A stretch of 64,000 bases of DNA from Bacteroidia bacterium (GCA_026391475.1 JAPLED010000129.1:95902-159901); one strand, 5' to 3'; counted from the stretch's first letter, positions 49,188 through 59,564 are shown. Notes: generated by a model not told the origin, from the sequence alone. Translations and numbers: made by a program.

Positions 49188-50069
49188 ATGAAGTTATCCG
49201 CACTACTATTTATTCTTCCACTGTCATTACAGTCATATTCACAGGACAAACCTGCCTATAAAGTATTTACCGGGGAAGGTAAAAAAGTTGATTATAAAGA
49301 TATCCTTAAAGAGGTAATTAAGGCTGATGTTGTCTTTTTCGGGGAGCTACATGATAACCCTGTTGCCCATTGGCTTGAACTTGAAATAACAAAAGATATT
49401 TTCTCAGAAAAAGGAAAGAATCTGGTTCTTGCAGCAGAAATGTTTGAAACTGACAACCAGCTTCTGGTTGATGAATATTTTGCAGGGATAATAAAAGAAT
49501 CTTCCTTTGAGAGCGAGGTCCGTTTATGGAAAAATTATGCGACAGATTATAAACCTCTCCTTAATTTTGCCAGGGAGAACGGTTTAAGATTTGTGGCCTC
49601 AAATATCCCACGTCGATATGCTTCTGCTGTTGCATCGGGAGGGTTCGAGGCCCTCCAGAAACTTTCACCAGAAGCATTGAAATACATTGCTCCTCTTCCT
49701 GTGGAATATGATTCTACACTAGCCTGCTATAAAGATATGCTCTCTATGGGCGGTTCAATCGGAGGTGCTATGGAGAAAAAAGTAAGTACAAATCTGCCAA
49801 AAGCCCAGGCTATAAAAGATGCTACAATGGAAAAGTCGATTGTAAATTACTGGCAAAAGGGTCAGATGGTTATCCATTACAATGGCAGTTATCATTCCGA
49901 CAGGCATATGGGAATTATCTGGTATCTGAATAAATATAATCCTTTAATCAAAGTTGCCACTATCACCACAGTCCTTCAGGATGATATAGATAAAATGGAT
50001 GATGAAAACAAGGGTCAGGCTGATTTTGTGATAGTTATACCATCCTCAATGACAAAAACTTACAAGTAG
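49188..50069 (+). CDS. ChaN-like (haem-binding uptake, Tiki superfamily) protein
   Basis: 293 aa. Signal peptide. FGELHDNPVAHWLE motif. Confidence 0.6.
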   Translation: MKLSALLFILPLSLQSYSQDKPAYKVFTGEGKKVDYKDILKEVIKADVVFFGELHDNPVAHWLELEITKDIFSEKGKNLVLAAEMFETDNQLLVDEYFAGIIKESSFESEVRLWKNYATDYKPLLNFARENGLRFVASNIPRRYASAVASGGFEALQKLSPEALKYIAPLPVEYDSTLACYKDMLSMGGSIGGAMEKKVSTNLPKAQAIKDATMEKSIVNYWQKGQMVIHYNGSYHSDRHMGIIWYLNKYNPLIKVATITTVLQDDIDKMDDENKGQADFVIVIPSSMTKTYK

Positions 50070-50088
50070 GCTGAAGGCGAAGAACCAA

Positions 50089-51204
50089 TTATTTTAAGGC
50101 TGACATTTTCTGAATTTCATCGTATAATGCTTTAAAGCAATTGACCGGAGTGTTCACAGCATTTTCCGGTCTTTTGCTATAGAAGCTGTCAAGAAACTGC
50201 CCTGCACCCGACCAGACTGTCTGTACCATACCCAGAAACCGGTCTCTCATCTCAGGGGTGGAATGATTCCGGAATCTTACCATATCCTGTGCCTGGAGAA
50301 CAACATTTCCAGGATTGCTCCACGGGCATGTAACAACACTCAATCCCTTCATTGCAAAATATACGGGGGTCTGATCAGGACGTTCATAATGCCAGTCGCA
50401 GATAATCACATCTTTAGGTATCATATTAACAGCCCTGTAAGTATTGTTATAGCTTGCCTCCCATTCTCCCATACCGGTTGTTTTGCCATCGATAAGCCGG
50501 TCGCCCCATATCCATAGTTTTCGCCCTTTTATTGCCAGGTGATTTCTGATTGTAGTAACCTCACCCGCAAACAGTTCCGCCTTATCTTTTCCCGAACAGC
50601 GGGGACACTGTGATTCCCCAATATAAAAAACTTCATCCATGCCTGCATGAAAAGCATCAGCCTCAAATACATCGCATATTTCATCAACAAGGGCAAACAC
50701 AACATTATGAACATCGGGGTGAAGCGGGCAATAGCTTTTACAGTATAATCCATCGGCATTTGGCCAGACATATTTCTCAGGCATCTTTACCAGGGGAGTC
50801 TCATCAAATTCAGGATAGACTCTCAACAAATTTCCTATCGAACCGGCCCACGATTGATGTCCGAGGAGATTAACCTGTGGAATTATACAGATATTGTTTT
50901 TTTTACAAACTGCTACAAGTTTTTTAACCTCATTTTTTGAAAGAGCTCCTGAATCTCTCAGCTCCGGATGGCTTTCATACCGATAATTATAATCCACCCT
51001 TAGGATCAGTGTATTTACCGACCTGGGGGCAAGTTCTTCATCTATGAATTTAACAAACTCATCGAGATCCTTTGATTGTGGTGCAGCAATACAAAAACCA
51101 CGAACCGGCAACTTGTTGCCAGGTTTCTCTAAAAAAAGTTTAGGCGTTTGAGAGAAAGCCGTACAGCATATTACAAATAGTAAAGAAGTAATGAATTGTT
51201 GCAT
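50089..51204 (-). CDS. glycoside hydrolase family 20-like protein
   Basis: 371 aa. Signal peptide. TIM-barrel-like. HAGMDEV resembles the GH20 H-x-G-x-D-E catalytic motif. Confidence 0.45.
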   Translation of the reverse strand: MQQFITSLLFVICCTAFSQTPKLFLEKPGNKLPVRGFCIAAPQSKDLDEFVKFIDEELAPRSVNTLILRVDYNYRYESHPELRDSGALSKNEVKKLVAVCKKNNICIIPQVNLLGHQSWAGSIGNLLRVYPEFDETPLVKMPEKYVWPNADGLYCKSYCPLHPDVHNVVFALVDEICDVFEADAFHAGMDEVFYIGESQCPRCSGKDKAELFAGEVTTIRNHLAIKGRKLWIWGDRLIDGKTTGMGEWEASYNNTYRAVNMIPKDVIICDWHYERPDQTPVYFAMKGLSVVTCPWSNPGNVVLQAQDMVRFRNHSTPEMRDRFLGMVQTVWSGAGQFLDSFYSKRPENAVNTPVNCFKALYDEIQKMSALK

Positions 51205-51364
51205 GTGTTTAAATTTAAATTTATTAAAATAAAGATACCATTCATAACCTGTTAAATTTAAGATATTATTTTCAAAATTGGATGAAGCAAAAATTGTCTT
51301 TACCTTAGTATTTATTTAAACTACAGGAATAGCTCAACAATTTAAGAATATATATGTCATTGAG

Positions 51365-53341
51365 ATGAAAGAAAACAAAAAGTGGATTCTGATTATAATT
51401 TGCTTATTATTTGTCATCTCAGCACGTTCTCAGGCTCCCTTCAGCAGTGGTGTAAATCTGACAGGCTGGTTCCAGGCAGATAATCCGGGGCAAATTCAGT
51501 TCACCAGATTTACAAAACAGGATATTATCAATATTAAAAGTCTTGGGTGCGATGTGATCCGGTTACCGGTCAATATGCATAGCATGACCTCCGGTAGTCC
51601 TTCATATACACTTGATCCCATGTATGTTTCATTTCTCGATTCGGTGGTCACATGGTGCGAACAACTTCATATTTATCTTATGATTGATAACCATAGTTTT
51701 GATCCCAACGTGAATACAAGTCCCGACATTGAAAACATTCTTACAAAAGTCTGGTCGCAAACGGCTATGCATTACAAAGACCGATCCGATTACATCTTAT
51801 ATGAAATCCTGAATGAACCACATGGAATCTCCACAGCAACCTGGGGTACTATACAAAACCAGGTAATTAACGCTATTCGTGCAAAAGATACCAGACATAT
51901 GATTGTAGTCGGTGGGTCAGGATACAATTCATATACTGAACTCCGGAATCTTCCTGTTTACGCTGACACCAACCTCCTCTACACTTTTCATTTTTATGAT
52001 CCTTTCATGTTTACACACCAGGGTGCATCATGGGTCTCACCATCTATGGAGCCTCTTTCAGGTGTTCCTTTCCCATATGATGCTGCAAGGATGACTGCCT
52101 GCCCTGCCAGTCTTAAGGGTACCTGGATTGAAAGTGGCTTAAACAGTTATCTGAATGAAGGTACAGTTAGTCATGTTAAACAATTGATCGACAATGCAAT
52201 CCGTTTCAGAAACAGCAGGCATGTAAAAATTTTCTGTGGTGAATTCGGGGTTTATATTCCGAACAGCAGCCAGATCGACAGGACTTACTGGTACAATATT
52301 GTAAGGCAATATCTTGAAGAGAATAATATCCCATGGACAATCTGGGATTATAAAGGAGGTTTTGGATTGTTCAATAAAGGGTCGAATGAATTATTTGAAC
52401 ATAATCTGAATGTCCCATTGCTGCAATCACTGGGGTTTAATATACCACCTCAGACCCCATTTTCAATTCATCCGGACACGGCAGGTTTTATTATTTACTC
52501 TGATTTCATCGGGCCTTATATTAATGATGGAAGTTACAGCAGTGGCCCGATTAACTTCTATTCACCCGATTTGCCAAATAATGATCATTACTCTCTTTCC
52601 TGGAAAAACTTTAGCCAGTACAATGCCATAGTGTTTGACTTTAAACCCGACAAGGATCTTTCTTTGCTGTTTGCCAGAGGTTACGCGGTTGATTTCATGG
52701 TAAAAGGAAATCAACCGGGTATAAAATTTGATATCCGGTTTATGGATACCAAAATAGAAATTCCGGGGGATCATCCATGGCGCATGGGAGCAACGATTGA
52801 TGAAACCGATGCAGCATGGGACAGAAAATGGCACCACGTACGCATACCATTAACAGGATTAACCGAACAGGGAGCATGGGATAATGGTACTTGGTACAAT
52901 CCTGAGGGTAAATTCGACTGGGCGGCAATTGACAAATTTGAAATCTCAACCGAATATACCGGAACAACAGGAAAACAAATATGGTTCGACAATATCAATA
53001 TTTCAAATCTGGATACTGCAATTGTCAGAGAATCCGGTGAGTTGGGTGTTGAAAAAATCAGGGAACAAACCGGGCTGTACCTGAAAGTAACACCAAATCC
53101 GATGAAATACTCTGCAACCATCTCATATACATTATCTGATAAGAGCCATATTTCTGTCTCAATTTTCTCAGTAACGGGTCTTAAAATCCGCACTCTTTTA
53201 AATGAGACTCAGGGACCCGGATATCAATCATTAACCTGGGACGGGTGTAATGATAACGGGGCCCCTGTTCAACGCGGGTTATATATATGTATGCTTAAAG
53301 CCTCAGGATATTTCATTTCAGGTAAGATTATTAAATGTTAA
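51365..53341 (+). CDS. GH5 family glycoside hydrolase (cellulase/mannanase-like) with T9SS C-terminal sorting domain
   Basis: 658 aa. Acid/base ILNEPHG, nucleophile context FCGEFG. The last ~80 aa are a Por/T9SS CTD-like beta-sandwich (TPNPMKYSATISYTL...). Confidence 0.8.
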   Translation: MKENKKWILIIICLLFVISARSQAPFSSGVNLTGWFQADNPGQIQFTRFTKQDIINIKSLGCDVIRLPVNMHSMTSGSPSYTLDPMYVSFLDSVVTWCEQLHIYLMIDNHSFDPNVNTSPDIENILTKVWSQTAMHYKDRSDYILYEILNEPHGISTATWGTIQNQVINAIRAKDTRHMIVVGGSGYNSYTELRNLPVYADTNLLYTFHFYDPFMFTHQGASWVSPSMEPLSGVPFPYDAARMTACPASLKGTWIESGLNSYLNEGTVSHVKQLIDNAIRFRNSRHVKIFCGEFGVYIPNSSQIDRTYWYNIVRQYLEENNIPWTIWDYKGGFGLFNKGSNELFEHNLNVPLLQSLGFNIPPQTPFSIHPDTAGFIIYSDFIGPYINDGSYSSGPINFYSPDLPNNDHYSLSWKNFSQYNAIVFDFKPDKDLSLLFARGYAVDFMVKGNQPGIKFDIRFMDTKIEIPGDHPWRMGATIDETDAAWDRKWHHVRIPLTGLTEQGAWDNGTWYNPEGKFDWAAIDKFEISTEYTGTTGKQIWFDNINISNLDTAIVRESGELGVEKIREQTGLYLKVTPNPMKYSATISYTLSDKSHISVSIFSVTGLKIRTLLNETQGPGYQSLTWDGCNDNGAPVQRGLYICMLKASGYFISGKIIKC

Positions 53342-56313
53342 ATTGCATTATTAAATATGTTTTCAGGCAGTATTTGTTGCTGAGTCTTGGAATTTTCTGG
53401 CCTTTTCTGAAGGCTTCATCGCAGGACTATTTTCAGCAGGAGGTAAATACTAAAATTCATGTGACTCTTAATGATACGAAGCATGAATTGAATGGATTCG
53501 AATCTGTTGAGTATATTAACAATTCTCCTGATACTCTTGGGTTTTTATATTTTCACCTCTGGCCGAATGCATATTCAGACAATAAAACCGAATTAGCCAG
53601 AGAGATTTTCAACCGGGAGGGGAAGGGAAAGTTGTTCAAGGATCCGGAATTAAGAGGATATATTGATTCTTTGGACTTTGAGGTAGAAGGTTATCGTGTT
53701 CAATGGAATTTATTGTCAGGGTTACCCGATATTTGCAAGCTCATTCTTAATAAGCCTCTTAAGCCTGGTGACACAATATACATTACCACTCCTTTTCATA
53801 TAAAAATTCCAAAAGGAGTAACTTCACGATTAGGTCATATCGGGGAATCATATCAGATCTCCCAATGGTATCCCAAACCAGCAGTATATGACAAATCAGG
53901 TTGGCACCAAATGCCTTATTTAGATCAGGGTGAGTTCTTTTCGGAATTTGGCAGTTTTGATGTAAGTATTACTCTGCCTGCTAATTATATAGTTGGTGCA
54001 ACAGGTAACCTGCAGAATAAAGAGGAAATGAAACTGCTTGATATGCTTTCTGCAGATACCTCCTGGATGAAAACACCAGACTCCGGAGGGGCAGATTTCC
54101 CACCGTCATCAAATCAGATGAAGACTTTGCGATATACGGAGAATCAGATACATGATTTCGCTTGGTTTGCTGATAAGAGATTCCATGTACTAAAAGGAAA
54201 AGTAAAGCTTCCGGACTCCGGCAGGGAAGTAACTACATGGGTGATGTTTACTAATCAGGAAGCACGACTCTGGATGAATGCCATCTCATACGTAAATAAT
54301 GCCATCTGGTATTTTTCAAAATGGAATGGGGACTATCCCTATAATACTTTTACAGCAATTCAGAGTGCGCTTAATTCCGGGGCAGGAATGGAATATCCTG
54401 GTCTGACAGTGATAGGTCTTGCAAAAGATCCTTACCTATTAGATGAAGTGATAGCCCATGAAATTTGTCATAGCTGGTTTTACAGCGCAATCGGATCCGA
54501 TGAACGCAGATTCCCTTTTATGGATGAAAGCATCGCAAGTGCATATGAATCAAGATATATGGATGAAAGATATCCGGGGAAGAAGCTTTGGGAACTTAGT
54601 TTTAAAAACAGGAAACTGGCAGAGTTTTTCCACATTGAAGAAATGCCGGTACAACGAATTCAGGAGCTCGATTGGCTTGTCAGGGCCCGCAGGAACTTAG
54701 AACAGCCTGTTAATCTTGCAGCTCCTGATTACAACTATGCGAATTACGGCAGCATAATCTATAATAAAGGCGCACAGGGTTTTAACTATCTGCGGGCTTA
54801 TCTTGGAGATTCCCTCTTTGATTCCATTATACATGATTACTACCGTACATGGAAAAACAGGCATCCCCTGCCTGAAGATCTCAGGGCGGTCTTTGAATCC
54901 CATACGGCTAAAGATCTCTCATGGTTTTTTGATGATTTTATGGGTACAACCAAGCGGCTCGATTATAAAATGGTTCGCATTGAGAACCAGAAGCTACTTA
55001 TAAAAAACCTGGGTGAGTTGAAAGCACCGCTGTTGATTGCAGGAGTAATTGGAGATTCAATCTTTTCAGAAAATTGGGAAGATGGCTTTGAAGGAAAGAA
55101 ATGGGTCAATGGAGAATGGAATAATTATTCTGCAATAAAAATTGATCCGGGACATAAGATGACCGAATTATTCAGGCTTAATAACAACATCCGAACATCA
55201 GGTATTTTCCGTAGAGCTGATCCTGTTCACTCCCAGTTCTTATATACTATCGAGGATCCCGGCAAGCGATCTTTGATATATATTCCTGCTTTTGACTGGA
55301 ACAGTGCAGATGGCTTTATGGCCGGTTTGGCTTTACATAATGGGACACTCATACCCAAACCAGTGGAATATTTTGTCATTCCTTTCTATACCTTCCGTAA
55401 TCCGGGACTTGCCGGTTATGGGAAAATTTTAATCAACAAAACTCCTTATGACAATTTCATCAGGCTTGCGACATTTACGCTGGAAGGAGCACAATTCGGT
55501 GCGCCGGGAAATCAGGACTTTAAGAAAGCGAAGATAGGGTTAGATCTTAATTTCAGATCCGACAAAATCATTAATCCTATAAATCAGAAGGTCTTTGGAT
55601 ATTATATTGCAGCATCAGACCTTCTTCAGATTGAACTTCTCAGGCAGGCAAAGATGCGTTCATATCTGCAGTTAGGATACGTGATGGAAAGGACCGGGAT
55701 AATCAATCCTTTCAACATGTTGGTTTCTTTTGAATCAGGTAAGTCGTTTCAGAAGACATCGCTGGAGTTAAACTATAAATACAGTTATCATGGTAAAGAT
55801 AACGGCCTGGAAGTAAGAATATTTACAGGAACCATGCTGAGAAATGCTGCTGCAGATCCGTTTTATGCTTTTTCTGCAAGTGGCAGGAGCGGTCGTGAAC
55901 AATATTTATATCAGGGAGTATACCCCGATCGTTTCAGCGAGTTTCCTAAAACCTTCTGGTCGAGACAGATGACTCTGTCTGAAGGAGGATTAGCATCTCC
56001 TGTCAATGACAGCCTTGGATATAGCCGCTGGGTCTGCTCACTCTCTTTAACCAGCACCCTGCCGGGAAAGGCTTCACGGATTCCCGTAAAACCATTCGTT
56101 AACTTATTACTGAACGATCATGGTAGCGGAGCAACTGATAAATCACAACTATTCTTTGAAGCAGGATTTAAGGCAGGCATATGGAACTTTTTCGAGATCT
56201 ATTTCCCTTTGCTTGTTTCTGACAATATTAACGCAATAACCGGATCATTCAAAGAGAGGATTCGGTTTGTTTTCAGACTTGATAAATTTAACCCTCTCCG
56301 ATCGAAATTATAG
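53335..56313 (+). CDS. M1 family zinc metallopeptidase, long form
   Basis: 992 aa. HEICHSWFY (HExxH) with a downstream Glu. Signal-like N-terminus. Overlaps the GH5 stop. Confidence 0.7.
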   Translation: MLNCIIKYVFRQYLLLSLGIFWPFLKASSQDYFQQEVNTKIHVTLNDTKHELNGFESVEYINNSPDTLGFLYFHLWPNAYSDNKTELAREIFNREGKGKLFKDPELRGYIDSLDFEVEGYRVQWNLLSGLPDICKLILNKPLKPGDTIYITTPFHIKIPKGVTSRLGHIGESYQISQWYPKPAVYDKSGWHQMPYLDQGEFFSEFGSFDVSITLPANYIVGATGNLQNKEEMKLLDMLSADTSWMKTPDSGGADFPPSSNQMKTLRYTENQIHDFAWFADKRFHVLKGKVKLPDSGREVTTWVMFTNQEARLWMNAISYVNNAIWYFSKWNGDYPYNTFTAIQSALNSGAGMEYPGLTVIGLAKDPYLLDEVIAHEICHSWFYSAIGSDERRFPFMDESIASAYESRYMDERYPGKKLWELSFKNRKLAEFFHIEEMPVQRIQELDWLVRARRNLEQPVNLAAPDYNYANYGSIIYNKGAQGFNYLRAYLGDSLFDSIIHDYYRTWKNRHPLPEDLRAVFESHTAKDLSWFFDDFMGTTKRLDYKMVRIENQKLLIKNLGELKAPLLIAGVIGDSIFSENWEDGFEGKKWVNGEWNNYSAIKIDPGHKMTELFRLNNNIRTSGIFRRADPVHSQFLYTIEDPGKRSLIYIPAFDWNSADGFMAGLALHNGTLIPKPVEYFVIPFYTFRNPGLAGYGKILINKTPYDNFIRLATFTLEGAQFGAPGNQDFKKAKIGLDLNFRSDKIINPINQKVFGYYIAASDLLQIELLRQAKMRSYLQLGYVMERTGIINPFNMLVSFESGKSFQKTSLELNYKYSYHGKDNGLEVRIFTGTMLRNAAADPFYAFSASGRSGREQYLYQGVYPDRFSEFPKTFWSRQMTLSEGGLASPVNDSLGYSRWVCSLSLTSTLPGKASRIPVKPFVNLLLNDHGSGATDKSQLFFEAGFKAGIWNFFEIYFPLLVSDNINAITGSFKERIRFVFRLDKFNPLRSKL

Positions 56314-56366
56314 TTTTCAAACTGAATCCTTAAGAGCATGCGACTTTGCCGGGGAATCATAATAAG

Positions 56367-56402
56367 CAAAAAAATCTGATTGCCTATACGACAATCAGAT
56401 TT
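56367..56402 (-). terminator. rho-independent terminator of the small-membrane-protein genes
   Basis: 9-bp stem atctgattg/caatcagat (56374-56382 / 56392-56400), followed on the minus strand by T7. Confidence 0.65.
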
Positions 56403-56431
56403 ACTGCTATAACATAAAGCAGATTTCCTAC
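56393..56431 (-). pseudogene. start-less 5' fragment duplicated from the lmo0937-family gene
   Basis: About 36 nt match the 5' end of the 56810..56965 gene with 6 mismatches by hand alignment. ATG replaced (…gtagg…). Stop after 16 codons. Confidence 0.5.
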
Positions 56432-56450
56432 TATTGTTGTTTATAATTTT

Positions 56451-56780
56451 TTACAACAGAACAATCAGCAGAATTACAATTAGAATTAATGCACCCGCTG
56501 AAAGGTATACGCCACCACCGACTTCTCTGAGCTCGTGTTTTATTGAACGTACTTCTTTATGCAAATTTTTCTTGTCTGACGACTTCAATTTTGACATATC
56601 CATCGCGTTGATTTCGTTTAACCTTAGTATTAAGGCTTTAGCTTCTGCTGATTCAGCAGGTTCCGGAGGTTTTGTAACAACCAGAGAGGAAGGTTTATCG
56701 GTAGTTGCCGCAAATGATTGAAGCGGGAGAATTGTTAATGACAAGAATGTTGCCATTACACAAAGAACGATCTTTTTCAT
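56451..56780 (-). CDS. small secreted/C-terminally anchored protein of unknown function
   Basis: 109 aa. Signal peptide, charged helical middle, C-terminal TM (GALILIVILLIVLL). Confidence 0.55.
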   Translation of the reverse strand: MKKIVLCVMATFLSLTILPLQSFAATTDKPSSLVVTKPPEPAESAEAKALILRLNEINAMDMSKLKSSDKKNLHKEVRSIKHELREVGGGVYLSAGALILIVILLIVLL

Positions 56781-56809
56781 GTTAATTGATTTTAATAAAT
56801 TTAGTTGAC

Positions 56810-56965
56810 TTAAATTATTTTCCTGCCTTGAATAACCCTGAGTAGTACTGCAATAATTGCAATAACAAGAAGAATGTGTATGATGCCTCCGAGGTTAAAA
56901 CCTATAAATCCAATTAACCATGCAATAATCAGGATTACTGCTATGACATAAAGTAGATTTCCCAT
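56810..56965 (-). CDS. lmo0937-family small membrane protein (not in the supplied ORF track)
   Basis: 51 codons read by hand: MGNLLYVIAVILIIAWLIGFIGFNLGGIIHILLVIAIIAVLLRVIQGRKII. Confidence 0.6.
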   Translation of the reverse strand: MGNLLYVIAVILIIAWLIGFIGFNLGGIIHILLVIAIIAVLLRVIQGRKII

Positions 56966-57255
56966 GACTGTAAGTTTATTTGATTTATGTTATAATGTTA
57001 GAAATAATATTCGTTGGTACAATTTTAAGATTGTGAGTAAATTATTACCTTAGCAAAGGTATGCCTCTCTATTCCGGAAACATTTACATAATTACAGGAA
57101 TAAGTTACATCATTCACATATTTGAGTTAACCGTAACTAAGAACTACAACTGAACACTATCGTACACATCCAAGATCTTTTTTTCCCGAATTCCGAGGGT
57201 TTTTTTAGTATAGCAGGAGAACTATGAGAAAATAATATCTCCTATGTAATTACAG

Positions 57256-59151
57256 TTAATTGTCCGTTTTTTTGCCTAAATATATTTTTATAGTTTGGGC
57301 AGCCTCCGAAACTGTATTAAAACTGATTATAATCGGATATGCTTCCACAGCCGGGAATGGACACCAGTATTTTTCTGTGTCAGTGCCTAATGTTAGTTTA
57401 TAGGATATGGTGCTGTTCGTAATTTTTAATTCCCATTCTGTTTTTGAAGAAGTTGTTTTGATGATTACTGTACTGTCATTCTTAAGATAAAATGTAGATC
57501 CCTGGTCTTTTACAATCGGTTCTATAATTCTGAATGCCTGACTATTTCCTTTGACAGTTATTTCTTTTGTAAGATATGAATCATAAAATCTGTTTGTTAG
57601 GCTGTAGTTTACCTTAGATTTATAACCATTTATGCTCTGCATATTGCCGGTAGTTGTTACTCTGATGTTATCCGCTTCCTTGACTACATTCATAGTTGCT
57701 TTAGCTTCAAAAATATTTGAATAGTAAGAACTATCGATATTAAACTCTATTCTTGCGGTTAATGGAAGTAAATCTTTCTCATTGGGCATGTGCATAGGTT
57801 CAATTCTTTTATACGATGAAGTTGAAGAAGATTGCATAAAGCCATTTTCGCCAAATCCTTCATACCAAAGATTTGAAATACTTCCACCGCGGCAAACTGA
57901 TTCCCGGGGATATCGTCCAATTTCACCATAAGCTGACACTGTTGCCATAATTTTATCAGTTCTGATAACTGCCACCTTAATATCTGGAAAAAACTTGTAC
58001 CAATTTTGTTCCTGTACAGGAAATGGTTCTTTGATTTTTGCTTTTGCACCATATTCAATAGCTAAAGCTAAACTTTGAGCTCTGGCAAACGTGGAATAAT
58101 TACATGGAGGTGAGCTTGTTTTATGATTTTTCGCATGAGGCCCATAACTAATCCAACCGTCTCGAATACATTTTTGATTTAAATATTTCAGACATTTTAA
58201 TCCGGCAGTATTGAATTTTGGATCCATTTCAGCCAGCAATGCAAAACTGAAATATACGCCAGGAGCTGTTTTTGTTCCACTTTCATAACTCCATTTATAA
58301 GACCTTGTTCCCCATGAATTATCAACTGAGCCATTTGGATAAACAAACAAGTAATGTGTTTTAAGCAAATCGGCAGCAATTTGTTTAATCCGAAAATCAT
58401 TTTTCAGAATACCATAAAGAGCAATATAACCTATACTTTGGGCAATATCATATCCTTCATCCACACCCATTCCCTCTCCGGATAATAAATTCTGCCTGTC
58501 AATAAACTTTAAGGTATTTATGTTCATTAACGAATCGGCTTTTATTAACCAACTTTCCCTTGGATTTTTCACAACGTTGTAAGCAAATACCAAAGTAGCA
58601 GCTCCGGTGGCATTGTAATTAATATTCGACCCGAGCGGAAAATTCATCCTAACAAATTCGGCAGCTCTCTCAATTGAAGAATTCCATTTTTCAATTTCTG
58701 AAGAGTTTAAATAGGCTTGCAAAACAGGAAAAGCACCTGCCATAGATATAAGTTGATCTGTAGTAGTTCCAAACCAACCCTTCTGCTCCGGATCTGGCCA
58801 AGCTTCGCTCCAACCACCAGCTTTTTTTCCTGAGGTTTCCTGAATTTTAATAAGCCAATTACCCAGTCTTATAGCAGCATCGCGATATTTGACTTTCCCG
58901 GTGAGTTTCCAGGCTATTGCAAAAGGATATACAGCCTCCGCTGCCCGCGAGTGAATAGGGTGATTTTCAGGATTTGATGACGGACAAACCAGTGCCCCAA
59001 AGTTCGGATCAGTTGGATCGTTTATTTGTGTACTGAGGAGAGTATTACATAGGGAGAGCAATGTGGATTTATAAGGATTCTCCTGAGCAAACAAATTAAA
59101 TGAAAGTACAGTCAATAAGAAAAAAAATGCGGGTTTCAGTTTTATTTTCAT
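57256..59151 (-). CDS. secreted protein of unknown function (helical N-half, beta-rich C-half)
   Basis: 631 aa. Signal peptide (FFFLLTVLSFNLFAQ). No catalytic motif recognised. Confidence 0.6.
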   Translation of the reverse strand: MKIKLKPAFFFLLTVLSFNLFAQENPYKSTLLSLCNTLLSTQINDPTDPNFGALVCPSSNPENHPIHSRAAEAVYPFAIAWKLTGKVKYRDAAIRLGNWLIKIQETSGKKAGGWSEAWPDPEQKGWFGTTTDQLISMAGAFPVLQAYLNSSEIEKWNSSIERAAEFVRMNFPLGSNINYNATGAATLVFAYNVVKNPRESWLIKADSLMNINTLKFIDRQNLLSGEGMGVDEGYDIAQSIGYIALYGILKNDFRIKQIAADLLKTHYLFVYPNGSVDNSWGTRSYKWSYESGTKTAPGVYFSFALLAEMDPKFNTAGLKCLKYLNQKCIRDGWISYGPHAKNHKTSSPPCNYSTFARAQSLALAIEYGAKAKIKEPFPVQEQNWYKFFPDIKVAVIRTDKIMATVSAYGEIGRYPRESVCRGGSISNLWYEGFGENGFMQSSSTSSYKRIEPMHMPNEKDLLPLTARIEFNIDSSYYSNIFEAKATMNVVKEADNIRVTTTGNMQSINGYKSKVNYSLTNRFYDSYLTKEITVKGNSQAFRIIEPIVKDQGSTFYLKNDSTVIIKTTSSKTEWELKITNSTISYKLTLGTDTEKYWCPFPAVEAYPIIISFNTVSEAAQTIKIYLGKKTDN

Positions 59152-59182
59152 AATTTCATTTTAACTTAAATATAGTGTATAA

Positions 59183-59432
59183 TTTTACAGGAAGTCAGAT
59201 AGAGCGACCAAGAAAAAGATTTTTGGTCGCATCTTTTCCGAAAAACTCGTTTTAGAAAATGGGAGAGTTGCAACCACACCCTTCACACTACCTCTACAGG
59301 TCTTAATCAATGCCGGTAAGGTTCTGGAAACTTCCAAAAATAAAGAAGAGGTCAAAAATGACCTTTTGTCTACTCTGGTACCCCGAACGGGACTTGAACC
59401 TACACAACAGCTATGTTCACCTGATTTTAAGT
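59183..59432 (+). pseudogene. start-less ORF fragment resembling the C-terminus of a Bacteroidota recombinase/integrase
   Basis: Open frame ...KKIFGRIFSEKLVLENGRVATTPFTLPLQVLINAGKVLETSKNKEE...LVPRTGLEPT... has no start codon and runs into a tRNA fragment. Confidence 0.3.
59376..59432 (-). other. tRNA 3'-half remnant (Leu-TAA-like anticodon loop, long variable arm, T-arm, acceptor 3' strand plus CCA), no 5' half
   Basis: Minus strand: cttaaaa-tcagg-tgaacatagctgttgtg-tagg-ttcaagt-cccgt-tcggggt-a-cca. The T-stem is imperfect. The upstream sequence does not complete a cloverleaf. Confidence 0.5.
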
Positions 59433-59510
59433 AATGAGTGTTGATTATTTCAACGTTCGTCCAAAAAGACCGATTAAATCAATTTGTGGGACTTTGGTGG
59501 GACTAAAAGA

Positions 59511-59560
59511 TAAAAAACAAGACCGCATCACATTGATAATCAATGTAGATGAGGTCTTGA
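59511..59560 (-). terminator. long imperfect hairpin plus T6 downstream of tRNA-Cys
   Basis: Minus strand aagacctcatctacattga...tcaatgtgatgcggtctt followed by gttttttat. Confidence 0.6.
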
Positions 59561-59564
59561 TTTG

